A stretch of 64,000 bases of DNA, from positions 27,629-91,628 of the forward strand of contig JAVJQW010000021.1 of the NCBI GenBank assembly GCA_040218735.1, read 5' to 3'. Of the stretch, positions 39,646 to 50,369 are shown piece after piece. The notes below the pieces were generated by a model. That model searched no databases and was not told the origin of the DNA. It was given only the letters and a program-made list of their open reading frames with translations. The DNA is from Deltaproteobacteria bacterium (GTDB lineage Bacteria; Myxococcota; Kuafuiibacteriia; Kuafuiibacteriales; Kuafuiibacteriaceae). Numbering within the stretch: the first letter of the stretch is position 1; the number at the start of each line of letters is the position of its first letter. The translations under genes and the position numbers were made by a program.

Positions 39646-40659
39646 TCAGTGTCGCGGGGGGAGGAAGTGAATTGCGCGCCAGAGGCCTTCGATGAAGCCG
39701 TCGCCCACTTCGCGTGCTTCGAAGTGGTCGGCGATCGCGACGGCGGCGTCGCCGTGGGCGCTCGCGTCTTCGAGGAGGAAGCCCGCGAAGACGATGGGGA
39801 GCGCGTCGTAGGCGCCGGTGCGGCCTTCGTCGCGGATCGTGCGGAGGGTCTTGCCGAGGTCCGAGCCGGCGAGGCCGGAGCGCAGGTCGCCCCACGCGCC
39901 CCACGGGTCGATCACTTCGTGTTGCACGGCGCCGAGCTTCGACAGGCGCGTGTCGTCTTCGCCGTAGGCGAGGCCGACGTAGAAGAGGATGTGAACGAGC
40001 TGGTTGTTGCCGCCGTCTTGGTACTCGCCCTTGAGATCGGCGCCGTCGGTGGGATCGATCGTGCCGTTCAAGCCGCCGGGGATCGCGGCGTTCATGTGGC
40101 CGACGTACTCGGCGATCGCCTGGGTCATCGGCGCGCCGGAGAAGAACGGCGTGCCCTCGACGGTCTGAGTGAAGCGGTGGCCCACGTGCAGGGCCATGAG
40201 GTCCGTCAGGACGTGGTCGAAACGTTCACGATCCGACAGGCGCGGGTCGTCGCGGTAGTGATCGACGAGGCGTTGCGCGCTGTCGACCGCGAGCTGTCCG
40301 CCCGGCGTGCCGTTTGCGATGGCGTCGTCGATCGTGAGGAGCTCGCGCTCGAGGGTCTCGCGGCGCTCCTTCATCGGGATCTTCGCGGCGGCGTCCGCGG
40401 CTTCGGCGACGTACGCGGCCTGCGCGCCCGGGATGAGCTCGAGCGGGACGCCCTGGTGCTGGGAGACGTTCGCGCCGAGGAAGAACGCACCGGCGCCGAT
40501 GAGCGCCGCGACGACGGTCTTGGTGGGGCGGCGCCGCTTTGGGCCGGGGAGCGGCGCGGTGCGCGGTGCGTCGGGTGCCGGGGTTTCGCGGTCCAGCGGG
40601 GCGCCGGAGGAGACGGGGCGGAAGAAGAGACGTCCCGGAGCTTGAAGGGCTTTCAGCAT
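39646..40659 (-). CDS. Hypothetical protein (N-terminal TM anchor)
   Basis: 337-aa ORF with coding-like composition. Confidence 0.45.
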   Translation of the reverse strand: MLKALQAPGRLFFRPVSSGAPLDRETPAPDAPRTAPLPGPKRRRPTKTVVAALIGAGAFFLGANVSQHQGVPLELIPGAQAAYVAEAADAAAKIPMKERRETLERELLTIDDAIANGTPGGQLAVDSAQRLVDHYRDDPRLSDRERFDHVLTDLMALHVGHRFTQTVEGTPFFSGAPMTQAIAEYVGHMNAAIPGGLNGTIDPTDGADLKGEYQDGGNNQLVHILFYVGLAYGEDDTRLSKLGAVQHEVIDPWGAWGDLRSGLAGSDLGKTLRTIRDEGRTGAYDALPIVFAGFLLEDASAHGDAAVAIADHFEAREVGDGFIEGLWRAIHFLPPRH

Positions 40660-40802
40660 GAGCGGGGCTCTCGACCCATCGTGTTTATCGGCGCTTGGGG
40701 TGCTTGGGTTGCTCCGTCGGCTGCCCGAGTGCGCCGCCGGCCGACCGACCCATCCGTCAGGCGGGGGAACGTGGCCCGGGCGCGCGGCGCGTACGGTCGG
40801 CG

Positions 40803-41825
40803 GTGATGCGTCGGTGGTCGTGGCTCCCGATCTTGCTGCTCGCGACGGCTTGTCAGTGCGGCGAGCGCGCCGGGGGCGGGGGTCCGTTCGACGCGGGCGA
40901 GGACGCAGGCGTCGACGCTGGGCGGGCGCGCCTGGACGGGGCGGTCCTGGGTGCGGACGCGGGCTCGGGTTCGGACGCGGGCTCGGGTTCGGACTCGGGC
41001 TCGGATGCGGGGTCGGGCTCGGACGCGGGCTCGGGTTCGGACGCGGGCTCGGGTTCGGACGCGGGCTCGGGCTCGGATGCGGGCTCGGGTTCGGGTTCGG
41101 ACGCGGGCTCGGTTTCGGACGCGGGCTCGGTTTCGGATGCGGGCTCGGGTTCGGACGCGGGCTCGGTTTCGGACGCCGGCCCCGCCACCGACGCCGGCGC
41201 CCCGCGCGACGCCGGCGCCCCGCGCGACGCCGGCGCCCCCCGCGACGCCGGCTCCCCGCGCGACGCCGGACTCCCCCGCGACGCCGGCCCCCCGCGCGAC
41301 GCCGGCCCCCCGCCCGGCACCGGCGATCTCTGGATCGAGGTCGACTACACCAGCGCCTTCTCCCCGCAGTCCCCCGCGTGGAGCTACTCCGTCTCCCCCG
41401 GCTGGCCGCCCTCGAGCTGGGCGTTCACCGGGAGCAACACCAACGGCGCCGAGGCCTGGGACCGCTTCAACAACATGCAGGTCACGAGCGATCCGATCGG
41501 CACCGTCCTGGTGATCGGCGGCTCGTCTCAGCTCCAGCTCATGATCGGCCTCGTCCCGCTCACCACGTACACCGGCGCGACCGTCGAGCTGGAAGGTCGA
41601 AGCCGCGCGACGAGCTCTCCGGTCTTCTTCGACGTCACCAATCCACTGAATGGATGCGGCGCCTCCGGGACGATGAACCAGGACTGGACGCCCGACATCG
41701 TGCAGCTCGACCTCACGGGCTGCTTCATCCCCGGCGGCGCGGTGCAGGCCGTGCGCGTCGATCCCACGAGCGGCACCGTGGCGTTGCGCCGAATGCGCCT
41801 CACGTTGCACGGTGCGCAGTGGTGA
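40803..41825 (+). CDS. Lipoprotein with (DAGSGS)n and (DAGxPR)n low-complexity repeats and a C-terminal globular domain
   Basis: [10 protein letters not shown] lipobox; repeat array spanning 40954-41300. Confidence 0.55.
   Translation: MMRRWSWLPILLLATACQCGERAGGGGPFDAGEDAGVDAGRARLDGAVLGADAGSGSDAGSGSDSGSDAGSGSDAGSGSDAGSGSDAGSGSDAGSGSGSDAGSVSDAGSVSDAGSGSDAGSVSDAGPATDAGAPRDAGAPRDAGAPRDAGSPRDAGLPRDAGPPRDAGPPPGTGDLWIEVDYTSAFSPQSPAWSYSVSPGWPPSSWAFTGSNTNGAEAWDRFNNMQVTSDPIGTVLVIGGSSQLQLMIGLVPLTTYTGATVELEGRSRATSSPVFFDVTNPLNGCGASGTMNQDWTPDIVQLDLTGCFIPGGAVQAVRVDPTSGTVALRRMRLTLHGAQW
40954..41175 (+). repeat. About 12 tandem copies of the 18-bp unit ggacgcgggctcgggttc
   Basis: Direct in-frame tandem repeat; followed by 7 copies of the cgcgacgccggcNcc unit. 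Confidence 0.8.
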
Positions 41826-42382
41826 CGATCCGCATCGCGACCCTCGAAGACGCCGCCGCCATCCGCGCCATCTATGCGCCTCACGTCGCGACGCTCACGT
41901 CGTTCGAGCAATCGGTGCCGCCCCTCGAAGAGATGCTGCGCCGCCTCGCCGCGACCCTCGAACGCACGCCGTGGCTCGTCCTCGACGAAGGGGAGGTCGT
42001 CGGCTACGCGTACGCCGGGCCGTACCGTTCACGGCACGCCTACCAGTGGTCGGTGGAGGCCTCCGTCTACGTCGCCGCTTCCCACCAGCGGCGAGGCATC
42101 GCGCGCCGCCTCTACGCGGCGCTGTTCGCCGCGCTCGAGCTGCAGGGCTTCGTGAACGTCTACGCCGGCATTACGCTCCCGAACGACGCGAGCGAAGCGT
42201 TCCACCGCGCGCTCGGGTTCGAGCCGATCGGCGTGTACCGCGGCGTGGGCTACAAACACGGCGGCTGGCGCGACGTCGCGTGGTCGGCGAAACGCCTCGC
42301 GGCGCCGGACGGTGAGCCGCCTCCGCCGCGGCTGCTCCCCGAAGCGCGCCAAGCGATCGCCACCTGCGTCGCCGCGTTCTGA
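41822..42382 (+). CDS. GNAT acetyltransferase (phosphinothricin-acetyltransferase-like)
   Basis: GTG overlaps the upstream stop; GNAT core RRGIARRLYAALF. Confidence 0.7.
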   Translation: MTIRIATLEDAAAIRAIYAPHVATLTSFEQSVPPLEEMLRRLAATLERTPWLVLDEGEVVGYAYAGPYRSRHAYQWSVEASVYVAASHQRRGIARRLYAALFAALELQGFVNVYAGITLPNDASEAFHRALGFEPIGVYRGVGYKHGGWRDVAWSAKRLAAPDGEPPPPRLLPEARQAIATCVAAF

Positions 42383-42804
42383 GTTGCGCCTGTCGCAACT
42401 CGGCTTGCACTCGGAATCGACCAGCCCCCTCTTCGGAGCCGCCGACGTGTGGCGCGACTCTTGTATCCCACGGCGCCGTGCCCCCGCCCGTTCGACGTCG
42501 GCAGGACCCGATCGTGTTCCCGCGCACGACCCGTCGCCCCGACGCGACGGAGCGCCCCGACCTGAGGCCCGCCGACGCCCCCGCGCGGGTGCGTCCGCAC
42601 GACCGCACCGTCGTGGACCGCAGCGTAGAGACCGGCGGCCGCATTCGCCCCGAGCTGCGCACCGGGGCCGCACGTCGCATCACACCCGCCGGCCTCGGCG
42701 CGGACCGAGGCCTCGGCACCATCCCGGTCGGCGGCCTCACGACGCACGGCGCACCGTCCGACGTCGGCGCTCTACCGGGGCGCACCGGCATCGTCCCGCC
42801 CGCG

Positions 42805-43894
42805 ATGCGGCGCGCGCCGCGCCCGCACGAAGCCGCGGGCCCCTCCGTCACGCGCCCGGATCCGTTTGCGACCCCCGAGCCCGCCCCCCGCGGGCGCGGC
42901 GGCTTCTCCGGCCCGATCGTCGGACCGGGTCAGCTCGACGAAGCCACCGAAGCACGCCTCCTCGCCGAGCACGGCAACGAAGGCGTCATCGCTGCGTACG
43001 GAGGCTTCGACCCGAACCGCCCGCCCGTCCTCCTCGTCCACGGCATCGACGACAGCCCCGAGCGCACGCGCGACGTCGCGGCCGAGCTCGACCGCCGCGG
43101 GATGCAGGTCCTCGTCTTCTTCTACGACGACGCCGACACGCGCACGCACACCAGCGGCGAGCAGCTCGCCCGGCAGATGTCGTCGCTTCGCCAGCAGTAC
43201 GGCGAGGACGCCTCGCTCGACATCGTCGCCCACTCGATGGGCGGCCTCGTCACCCGCTCCGCGCTCAACTCCCTCGCGCAGCCCGGATGGTATGACGGCA
43301 ACCCCAGCACCGCGGGCGCCGAGCCGCGCGCGGGGTTCGACTCGATTCGCTTCCGCGCGCTCGACACCGCGTGGACCGGCTACCCGCACGAGCCGGCCGC
43401 GATGTCCTCACTCGTCCGCGGGTTCCTCGACACGAACCAACACGCCGATGACCGACATGCGCGGCAACAGCCAGATGTTCTCGCACCTCTTCGAGCCGCG
43501 CCTCGACGGCGTCGACATCCGCTCCACCGCCGCCTTCAACATCCCGGGCATCCACGCCCGCGACGCGCACCGCTCCGTGCACGACATGAATGCCGACCAA
43601 CGCGAGCAGCTCGTGGCGTGGCTCGACGGCGGACCAAGACCGACCGACGAAGCCGCGGGTCACCTCGCGAGCTCGTGGGAACAGGACGCTCGCTTCGGCG
43701 CGCTGCGATCCGAAGTGCGCGCGGCGCTTGCGAGCGGGGAGCTGTCGTCGAGCGGCGACCCCGGCGATCTCGCGGCCGTCGCCGACCGTGTGATGCCCTC
43801 CGCGAACGGCTCCCACACCAGCATCCTCACGGACGCGATGTTCCACCGCAGCCTCGTCGACGACCTCGCGGACGAGCTCGCGCCGTCGCCGTAG
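42805..43894 (+). pseudogene. Alpha/beta-hydrolase (lipase-like) gene with an apparent +1 frame change near 43440
   Basis: LLVHGIDDS...AHSMGG nucleophile elbow in frame 1. Plausible protein continues in frame 2 after ...GFLDTN / TPMTDMRGNSQMF. Frame 1 beyond that point is Arg/Pro-rich nonsense. Confidence 0.5.
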
Positions 43895-44590
43895 TCAGGA
43901 TCTCTTGAAGAGCTTCGAGAAGAACGAGCCGAGCCCCGAGTCCTTCTTCGCCGCGCGGCTGTTGATCAGTCGGATGCCGCGCGCCGCCTCGACGTTGTTC
44001 GGCTCCCACTCCAGGCACTTGCGCCACCAGCGCTTCGCTTCATCGGGGCGGTCCGTCGAAAAGTAGATCTGCCCGAGGTAGTTGTACCCGGCGGGCATCG
44101 ACTCCTGCTTCTTCACCGCGGCCTTGATCTCGTCGATCGCCGCTTTGACCTTCTTCTCGCTCTTCTTGCCGAGGTGGAACATCACCCAGCCGTGGTGCGC
44201 CTGGTAGAGCGGGTCGTCCGGGTTGAGGTCCATCGCCTCTTCGAGCTTCTCCTTGGCGACGGGCCAGTCGCGGCGCCGCAGCGCGGCTACCGCGTCGTCG
44301 ACGATCGACTCGGCGCGCAGGATCGCGTTCACGTCCGTGGAGAGCCCCTGCTTCTCCCGGTCCAGGCGCACCATGTATTCGGCGCGCTGCTTGGGGTCCG
44401 TCAGCGTCTCGTAGGCCTCGCCGATGTACTGGAAGATCTCGTCGAGCTTCTGTTTGTCGGGACCGAGGTCCATCCCCGTGTAGGCGTCCGCGTGCCAGCG
44501 CTTCGCGAGGGCGTGGAACGAGGCCTTCAGGCGGTCGGCGTCAGTGTCCGGGTCGGCGCCGAACAGCTGGAAGTAGTCCCGCCGCTGCAT
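43895..44590 (-). CDS. DnaJ (J-domain) plus TPR protein
   Basis: DYFQLFGADPDTDADRLKASFHALAKRWHAD J-domain; TPR-like C-terminus. Confidence 0.6.
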   Translation of the reverse strand: MQRRDYFQLFGADPDTDADRLKASFHALAKRWHADAYTGMDLGPDKQKLDEIFQYIGEAYETLTDPKQRAEYMVRLDREKQGLSTDVNAILRAESIVDDAVAALRRRDWPVAKEKLEEAMDLNPDDPLYQAHHGWVMFHLGKKSEKKVKAAIDEIKAAVKKQESMPAGYNYLGQIYFSTDRPDEAKRWWRKCLEWEPNNVEAARGIRLINSRAAKKDSGLGSFFSKLFKRS

Positions 44591-44715
44591 GTTGGCGTGG
44601 AAGCGTCGAATCTTCTTTCGCGCTTCCGCGGCGTCGGTGGCTTGCTGGCTCAAGGCCCCACGAGTATCACCTCGGTCGGGCGTCGCGTCGAGCCGTTGAC
44701 CCGGATCGAGGCGAG

Positions 44716-45810
44716 GTGACACGTTCAGACGTGGCCGACGGCGACCGCAAGCGTCCCGCCATCCCGGCGGCGGTGACCGAGTCGATCGAGGTCGGGGACG
44801 TCTTCGGCGTCCAGACCGTCCAGCGCGGCAAGTACCTGCTGGATCCACCGTTTGCGCGTACGGCGCCTCCGACCGACGGACGTCCGCGCGCGCGCGTCGG
44901 ACCGTACGAGCTGGTCGGCCGCTTCCCGTCGAGCCGGACCACGATGGTCTTCCTCGCGCACAAGACGTCGCAGTTCGGGATCCTTCGTCGCGCCGTCGTG
45001 AAGTGGGCGGGCCGGCAGCTCGATCAGTTCGCGACGTCGCGCGAGCAGCTCTTGGACGAAGCGCGCGTCATCGCGTTCCTCGAGCACCCGAACCTCGTGA
45101 AGATCCTCGACTTCGCCGAGGACGCCGCCGGCATGTACCTCGCGCTCGAGTACGTGCCCGGTCCGGACCTGCGGCGTGTCTTCTCCGCGTTGATGAAGCG
45201 CAACGAAGCGATGCCCGCGCCGCTCGCGTGTTTCCTCGGCGTCGAGGTGCTGAACGGTCTCGCGCACGCCCACGACGCGGTGGGCCCGGACGGCGCGCCG
45301 CTCGACATCGTGCACCGCGACGTGAACCCGTCGAACGTGCTCGTCTCGAACGACGGGCACGTGAAGCTCACCGACTTCGGCATGGTGCACATGAAGGGGC
45401 GCCTGCAGGCCCCGACCGCGCCGCACATCGTCAAGGGCAAGTACCGGTACATGGCGCCCGAGTACATCCAGGACAACAACCTCACCGCGCAGGCCGACCT
45501 CTACGGCACCGGCCTGATGCTGTTCGAGCTGCTCACCGGCGAGCTGTGTTTCATGGGCGACGAACCGGCGAAGACCATGGGCCGCATCGTCCACCACGGC
45601 GTGCCCTACGACCGCCTCGACAAGGTGAAGATGCCGCGCGCGCTCAAGAAGATCCTCCGCCGCGCCACCGCGCGCGAGCCCAAGGACCGCTACGCGACGG
45701 CGCGCGACATGGCGGCGGATCTCGAGCGGGTGCTGGAGAAGGAGAAGGCGTACGTCTCGGCCTCGGCCTTCGCGGCCTTCCTCGCGCGCATGGAGATGCC
45801 GAAGGTCTGA
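44716..45810 (+). CDS. Ser/Thr protein kinase
   Basis: HRDVNPSN catalytic loop, DFG, APE motifs. Confidence 0.8.
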   Translation: MTRSDVADGDRKRPAIPAAVTESIEVGDVFGVQTVQRGKYLLDPPFARTAPPTDGRPRARVGPYELVGRFPSSRTTMVFLAHKTSQFGILRRAVVKWAGRQLDQFATSREQLLDEARVIAFLEHPNLVKILDFAEDAAGMYLALEYVPGPDLRRVFSALMKRNEAMPAPLACFLGVEVLNGLAHAHDAVGPDGAPLDIVHRDVNPSNVLVSNDGHVKLTDFGMVHMKGRLQAPTAPHIVKGKYRYMAPEYIQDNNLTAQADLYGTGLMLFELLTGELCFMGDEPAKTMGRIVHHGVPYDRLDKVKMPRALKKILRRATAREPKDRYATARDMAADLERVLEKEKAYVSASAFAAFLARMEMPKV

Positions 45811-45905
45811 CTTGCGGCTCTTGCAACTCGCTGCAAGCGCACCCGCTCCTACCCGCTGATTCCCACCGGCTTCCCCTTGGCCCGCAACGTGCTCAACACG
45901 CCCGG

Positions 45906-48671
45906 GTGCGGGTCCGACGTCGTGAGTTCGAAGACACCCTGAGCCGAAGGGGCGGGCAGATCGATGTCCGTCGCCTGTCGCCGAACCTTCGCAGCGAGCT
46001 GCGCTCGCGCGGCGTCAGTGACGACGACCTGCGCACGATCGCCGGCTCGGACCACGTCATCCGCGGCGCCGAATTCGGTCGGCTGTACGACCGGCTCACC
46101 GCTTCGCCGGACGGCGCCGGCCCTGCGTCGCGCGCGGGCGACCTCGGCACGGCCGATCGCCTCTACGGGCTGCTGCGTCGCGAGGCCTCTTCGCAGCGCC
46201 TCGGCGGTGGCGGCGTTGGCCTCGGCGCCCGCTCCGCCGCTGCGCGTCCGACCGACGGCGCGCGTTCCGTCGGCCTCGGCGCACGCCCCGCCGGTGCCCG
46301 CCCCAGCGATGGCGCCGACGAGCCGCGCAGCCCCGACGGCGCTCAGCACAACCACGAGGGTCACGTCCGCAGCGGCGGCACCGGCTCCGCGCACCTCGAC
46401 GTGACGTACGGCGCGGTCGAGTCGCCCGACGTCGACCCGGACGTCGCGCCCCCCGAGGACTCGAACTGGTTCATGGAGATCCTCGAGTTCCTGTTCGGCT
46501 GGCTCGGGATGGAGACCGACACCGACCGCCTGCAGATGCACGGGCAGCAGCTCGCGGATCAGTACGGCTCGGAGTTCGAGGCGTACCGGCAGTCGTTCCT
46601 GGATCGCAACGCGGACCGCACGATGTCGAACGGAATGGGCGTCCCGCCGGAGCGCCTCGAGCGCGCGATGCGGCAGGAGATCGCCGACGACATCGCCGCC
46701 CGGATGCAGACGCAGGGCGTGTCCGCGGAAGAAGCGCAGCAGCGCGCGGGCGTCGTGGTGGACGCGATTTTCGATCGCATCGACAGCAACGCGGAGCGTG
46801 ACGGCGCGCTGGCCGCGGACCTCGGCCTCCCCGCCGCCGACACGCGGCACGGCCAGGCCCTCGCGGTGCGCGTCGCTTCGGCGCGTCGCAGCGCGGAGCG
46901 CCTCGCGGACAGCCACCCCGAGTGGAGTCAGCGCATCGACCGCGCCCTGCAGCCGCCCGCCGACGATCACCCGTGGGTCGCGGCCAACCCCGAGCACGCC
47001 GACGCGGTGCGCGCGGTGGTGATGACCGAGCGCATTCAGACCATCGAGTACCTGATGGCGATGCAGCAGTTCGGCGAGCTCGACAACGTGCCGGACTCGG
47101 TGCTCGACGCGATGCTCGCGGCGCAGGAGGACTACCACGCGAGCGGACGCGCGGTGACGAACGCCGCCGCGGTGTTCGACTCCCTCGACGCCACCCAGCG
47201 CCAGGCCCTCACGGCCGCGATCGAAGGGGTGCCGGAGGACCGTCGCAAGTTCGTCGCGGCGCAGCTCGCGCTCGAGTACGGAGCGCTGTCGTCGTCGGAC
47301 CACGACGAGGTCGCGGGTGCGGTCGCGCGCATCCAGGCGGCGTCGCAGCAGGTGCAGGGCATGAGCGTCGACGAGGCGCAGTCGGCGCTCCAGCGCGGCG
47401 TGCTCGGCCTCGAGCGTACGAACCTTGCGCTCGACTACGGGCGCGGCCAGCAGGTCGACATCCCGGTGTACTTCCACCCGACGCTCTCCGCCGAGGAACG
47501 CACGCAGGCGCAAGGGCTCATCCGCGAGGCGTACGGTCACATGCCGTACCGCGCGATGCAGGCGATCGCAGCGGGCGAGGGCGGTCAGCCCTTCAGCGTC
47601 CAGGTTCTACCGAATGGATCGTTCAACGCGGGCGGCTCGTCCGACCCGTCGCGCCCGACCGGCGACGAGAACACGTGGGCCTACTACAAGACGCGCGACA
47701 ACCAGATCCGCCTGAACATGTCGCTGATGAGCCACGGCATCGAAAACGGCGGCGACGCCGAACGGCAGCGTGTGGTCACGATGATCCTGCACGAGACGGT
47801 GCACGACCTCGACGACCTCGGGAACACCGACAACGATCGCGGCTTCTTCATCCACCACCACGCCGACCGCGCGCGCGACCGAGCGCGCACCAGCGGCGAC
47901 GGCGACCTCGCGCCCGCGTGGGCGCACGTCGCGCGGACGCGCGCGCGCTTCGAGGACATCAGCACCAACGTCGGCGACGACCGGCTCGCCCGGGAGTACT
48001 ACACGCTGGGGCGCCGCACGGACCGCACCGCGGCGGAGGACCAACGGCTCACGCGCCTTGGCGCGCACCTCGCCGCGCGCGCCGGGACCACGACGCCGTA
48101 CTCCGCCGAAGGCGGCGACAACCTGCGCAGCATCCAGATGGGTGAGTGGTGGGCCGAGACCTTCTCGCGCTACCTCAACCCCGAGACGCGCGATCACCTC
48201 CAAGAGGTCGACCCGGTCGCGTTCCAGGCGGCGTCGCGCTACGAAGCCGCGCTCGCGAGCGGGACGGCGCCGGACGAGGCGCTCCGCGACGCGCTGCGCT
48301 TCTCGCTCGCGACCGACGTCGCCGCCCGCCAGGGCGTGTCGATGCTCGAAGACGCGCCGGACGCCGGCCTCGCGGCCGACACGCTGGACGACCTCGACCT
48401 GATCGCGACCGCGTTCGAGGACCACGCGACCGCGCTCGACGGCTGGCAGGCGTACCGAAACGATTCCGGCCTCATCGACACCCGCGGAGACGAAGCCCGC
48501 GCCGGCGTCACGGAGGGCCGCGCGCTCCTCACCGCGATCGCGGCGCGCCGCGGCGAGATCCAGACGGGGAGCCCGGAAGATCGCCGCCTCGCGGCGCTCG
48601 AGACGAGGCTCGGCGCGGCGGTGCAGCGACTGGAAGAGGTGTCGAGCTCGATGGGCTCCGCGGACGACTGA
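45906..48671 (+). CDS. Large hypothetical protein with a zincin-like HExxH motif (MILHETVHDL)
   Basis: About 920 aa, acidic, no signal peptide; probable GTG start. Confidence 0.45.
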   Translation: MRVRRREFEDTLSRRGGQIDVRRLSPNLRSELRSRGVSDDDLRTIAGSDHVIRGAEFGRLYDRLTASPDGAGPASRAGDLGTADRLYGLLRREASSQRLGGGGVGLGARSAAARPTDGARSVGLGARPAGARPSDGADEPRSPDGAQHNHEGHVRSGGTGSAHLDVTYGAVESPDVDPDVAPPEDSNWFMEILEFLFGWLGMETDTDRLQMHGQQLADQYGSEFEAYRQSFLDRNADRTMSNGMGVPPERLERAMRQEIADDIAARMQTQGVSAEEAQQRAGVVVDAIFDRIDSNAERDGALAADLGLPAADTRHGQALAVRVASARRSAERLADSHPEWSQRIDRALQPPADDHPWVAANPEHADAVRAVVMTERIQTIEYLMAMQQFGELDNVPDSVLDAMLAAQEDYHASGRAVTNAAAVFDSLDATQRQALTAAIEGVPEDRRKFVAAQLALEYGALSSSDHDEVAGAVARIQAASQQVQGMSVDEAQSALQRGVLGLERTNLALDYGRGQQVDIPVYFHPTLSAEERTQAQGLIREAYGHMPYRAMQAIAAGEGGQPFSVQVLPNGSFNAGGSSDPSRPTGDENTWAYYKTRDNQIRLNMSLMSHGIENGGDAERQRVVTMILHETVHDLDDLGNTDNDRGFFIHHHADRARDRARTSGDGDLAPAWAHVARTRARFEDISTNVGDDRLAREYYTLGRRTDRTAAEDQRLTRLGAHLAARAGTTTPYSAEGGDNLRSIQMGEWWAETFSRYLNPETRDHLQEVDPVAFQAASRYEAALASGTAPDEALRDALRFSLATDVAARQGVSMLEDAPDAGLAADTLDDLDLIATAFEDHATALDGWQAYRNDSGLIDTRGDEARAGVTEGRALLTAIAARRGEIQTGSPEDRRLAALETRLGAAVQRLEEVSSSMGSADD

Positions 48672-48680
48672 CGGGCGGGC

Positions 48681-50360
48681 TCAGGGCGGCGCGTCGTTTT
48701 CGTAGCCCTCGGCGATCCAGCGATAGATCGTCTGGTACCGCGGGTCCTCGGCGCCGAAGAACAGCTTCGCGGGGTGCGGCTCGTTGTTGCCCTGGGTCGG
48801 GTTCAAGAGCAGCAGGCTCTGGCCCGTGTTGCCGTTTTTGTTGATGCGGTACTGCTCGCCGGTCAGGCCGTTGTCACTCGGCGTCTGGTTGGTGAGCACG
48901 TCGTACAGCTCGTTCGCGTTGCCACCGAAGTAGGCGCCGCCGGGGGCGTTGTCTACGTTCACGCCGTTGACGTGGCAGTTGTAACAACCCGCGCCGCCGT
49001 TGCCCTGATCCGCATAGAGGATCGGCCGGACGTCGTTGTAGAACGACACCGGCTGCAGCGGCGGGCCACCCACGCGCAACCCACCGCCCTGAATCCACCC
49101 GTAGATGAGTTGGTAGGCCGGGTCCTGCGCGTTCACGAAGGCGAAGATCGGGTGGTTCTGATTCCCGTCCGCCTCGTACAGCGGCTTCGTCAGCAGCAAG
49201 CTGTTGCCGGGCGACTGCACGTTCACGCGCTGCGGGTACGACGCCGGATCCAGCGCGCCGTACGCGGCCGCGGGACCGCCGTACAGATCCATCCCGCCCG
49301 CGGGCGTCGCGCCGTTGTAACTCGTGTGGCAACCCAGGCAGCCGAACCCACCGTCGGCGACGAGGCCGAACAACGGATACACCTGCGTGTCGAAGTCCAC
49401 GTCCTGCGGAGGCGGCGGCGGAGGATCGTCCGGCGGCGGCGGGGCGATGCCCGTCTCACCGACGTTCAGCCACGTGAACGAGTCACGCTGCACGTTCGCG
49501 CGCGCCGGACCGAAGTAACGATTCGCCGGGCCGCCCGCGTAGCTCCCGGCGGAGACCTCGATGTCCACGTAGTCCGTTCCGAGCTGCGGGAACTCGACGA
49601 AGTACATGTACAACCCACCCTCGTACTTACCGGTCATGTCGTTGCGACGACGCTGCGTGTACTCCGTGTTCGGCGTGGGTTGGCCGTTGAACAGGAAGAA
49701 GTAGGGACCCTTCACATACCAGTTCGTGTTCGAGTTCCCGCGGAACGTGAACTCATCCTTTTCGACGTTACCCAGCGGCGTCGGCGTGCCGTTGCCCTCG
49801 GTGCCGTCGTCCAGCACACGACCCATCACGACCACGTATTTGCACTGCCCGGTGTTGGGCGCGTGGCACGTGAAGGGCTGATCCCAATTCATGATCCCGA
49901 AGCGCTCCGCGAGCCGCGTGATGTGCTCGGTGTACGCCATCAGGAAGTTCTTCCCGTTGATGTCCGTCCCACCGACCTCGAGCTGCTCGTAGGACTGTAG
50001 GTAGTCCGGCTTCGACGCCGCGAGGATCACGGCGCCGTTCTGCGGGACACGAATCGAGTAGGCCCCGTCGGCTTCCGTTCCGACGGGACCGACCCCGTTG
50101 ACACCGAGCGCGCGGACCGTGGCCCCCGCGAGCGGCACCTGCACCCCTTCGAGGTACGCGTCGAGCCGGTACGCCGTACCGGAGATCGACACGTCGTCGT
50201 TGGGTTGGACCACCGGGCCGCCGTCGCGCGGTCCCATCGGCGTTCCGCCGTCCCGATCTTCATCGGGCGGCGGCATCTGTTCACCGTCGTCCCCGCCGCT
50301 GCAGCCGAACTGCAGACCGGCGGTGACGAAGCACATCGTGATGAGCGCGCGACGCTTCAT
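48681..50360 (-). CDS. Lipoprotein with two Planctomycete-type cytochrome-c (PSCyt1-like) CxxCH modules
   Basis: VYPLF...GGFGCLGCH and VRPILYADQGNGGAGCYNCH; signal/lipobox. Confidence 0.6.
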   Translation of the reverse strand: MKRRALITMCFVTAGLQFGCSGGDDGEQMPPPDEDRDGGTPMGPRDGGPVVQPNDDVSISGTAYRLDAYLEGVQVPLAGATVRALGVNGVGPVGTEADGAYSIRVPQNGAVILAASKPDYLQSYEQLEVGGTDINGKNFLMAYTEHITRLAERFGIMNWDQPFTCHAPNTGQCKYVVVMGRVLDDGTEGNGTPTPLGNVEKDEFTFRGNSNTNWYVKGPYFFLFNGQPTPNTEYTQRRRNDMTGKYEGGLYMYFVEFPQLGTDYVDIEVSAGSYAGGPANRYFGPARANVQRDSFTWLNVGETGIAPPPPDDPPPPPPQDVDFDTQVYPLFGLVADGGFGCLGCHTSYNGATPAGGMDLYGGPAAAYGALDPASYPQRVNVQSPGNSLLLTKPLYEADGNQNHPIFAFVNAQDPAYQLIYGWIQGGGLRVGGPPLQPVSFYNDVRPILYADQGNGGAGCYNCHVNGVNVDNAPGGAYFGGNANELYDVLTNQTPSDNGLTGEQYRINKNGNTGQSLLLLNPTQGNNEPHPAKLFFGAEDPRYQTIYRWIAEGYENDAPP

Positions 50361-50369
50361 AACAACCCC

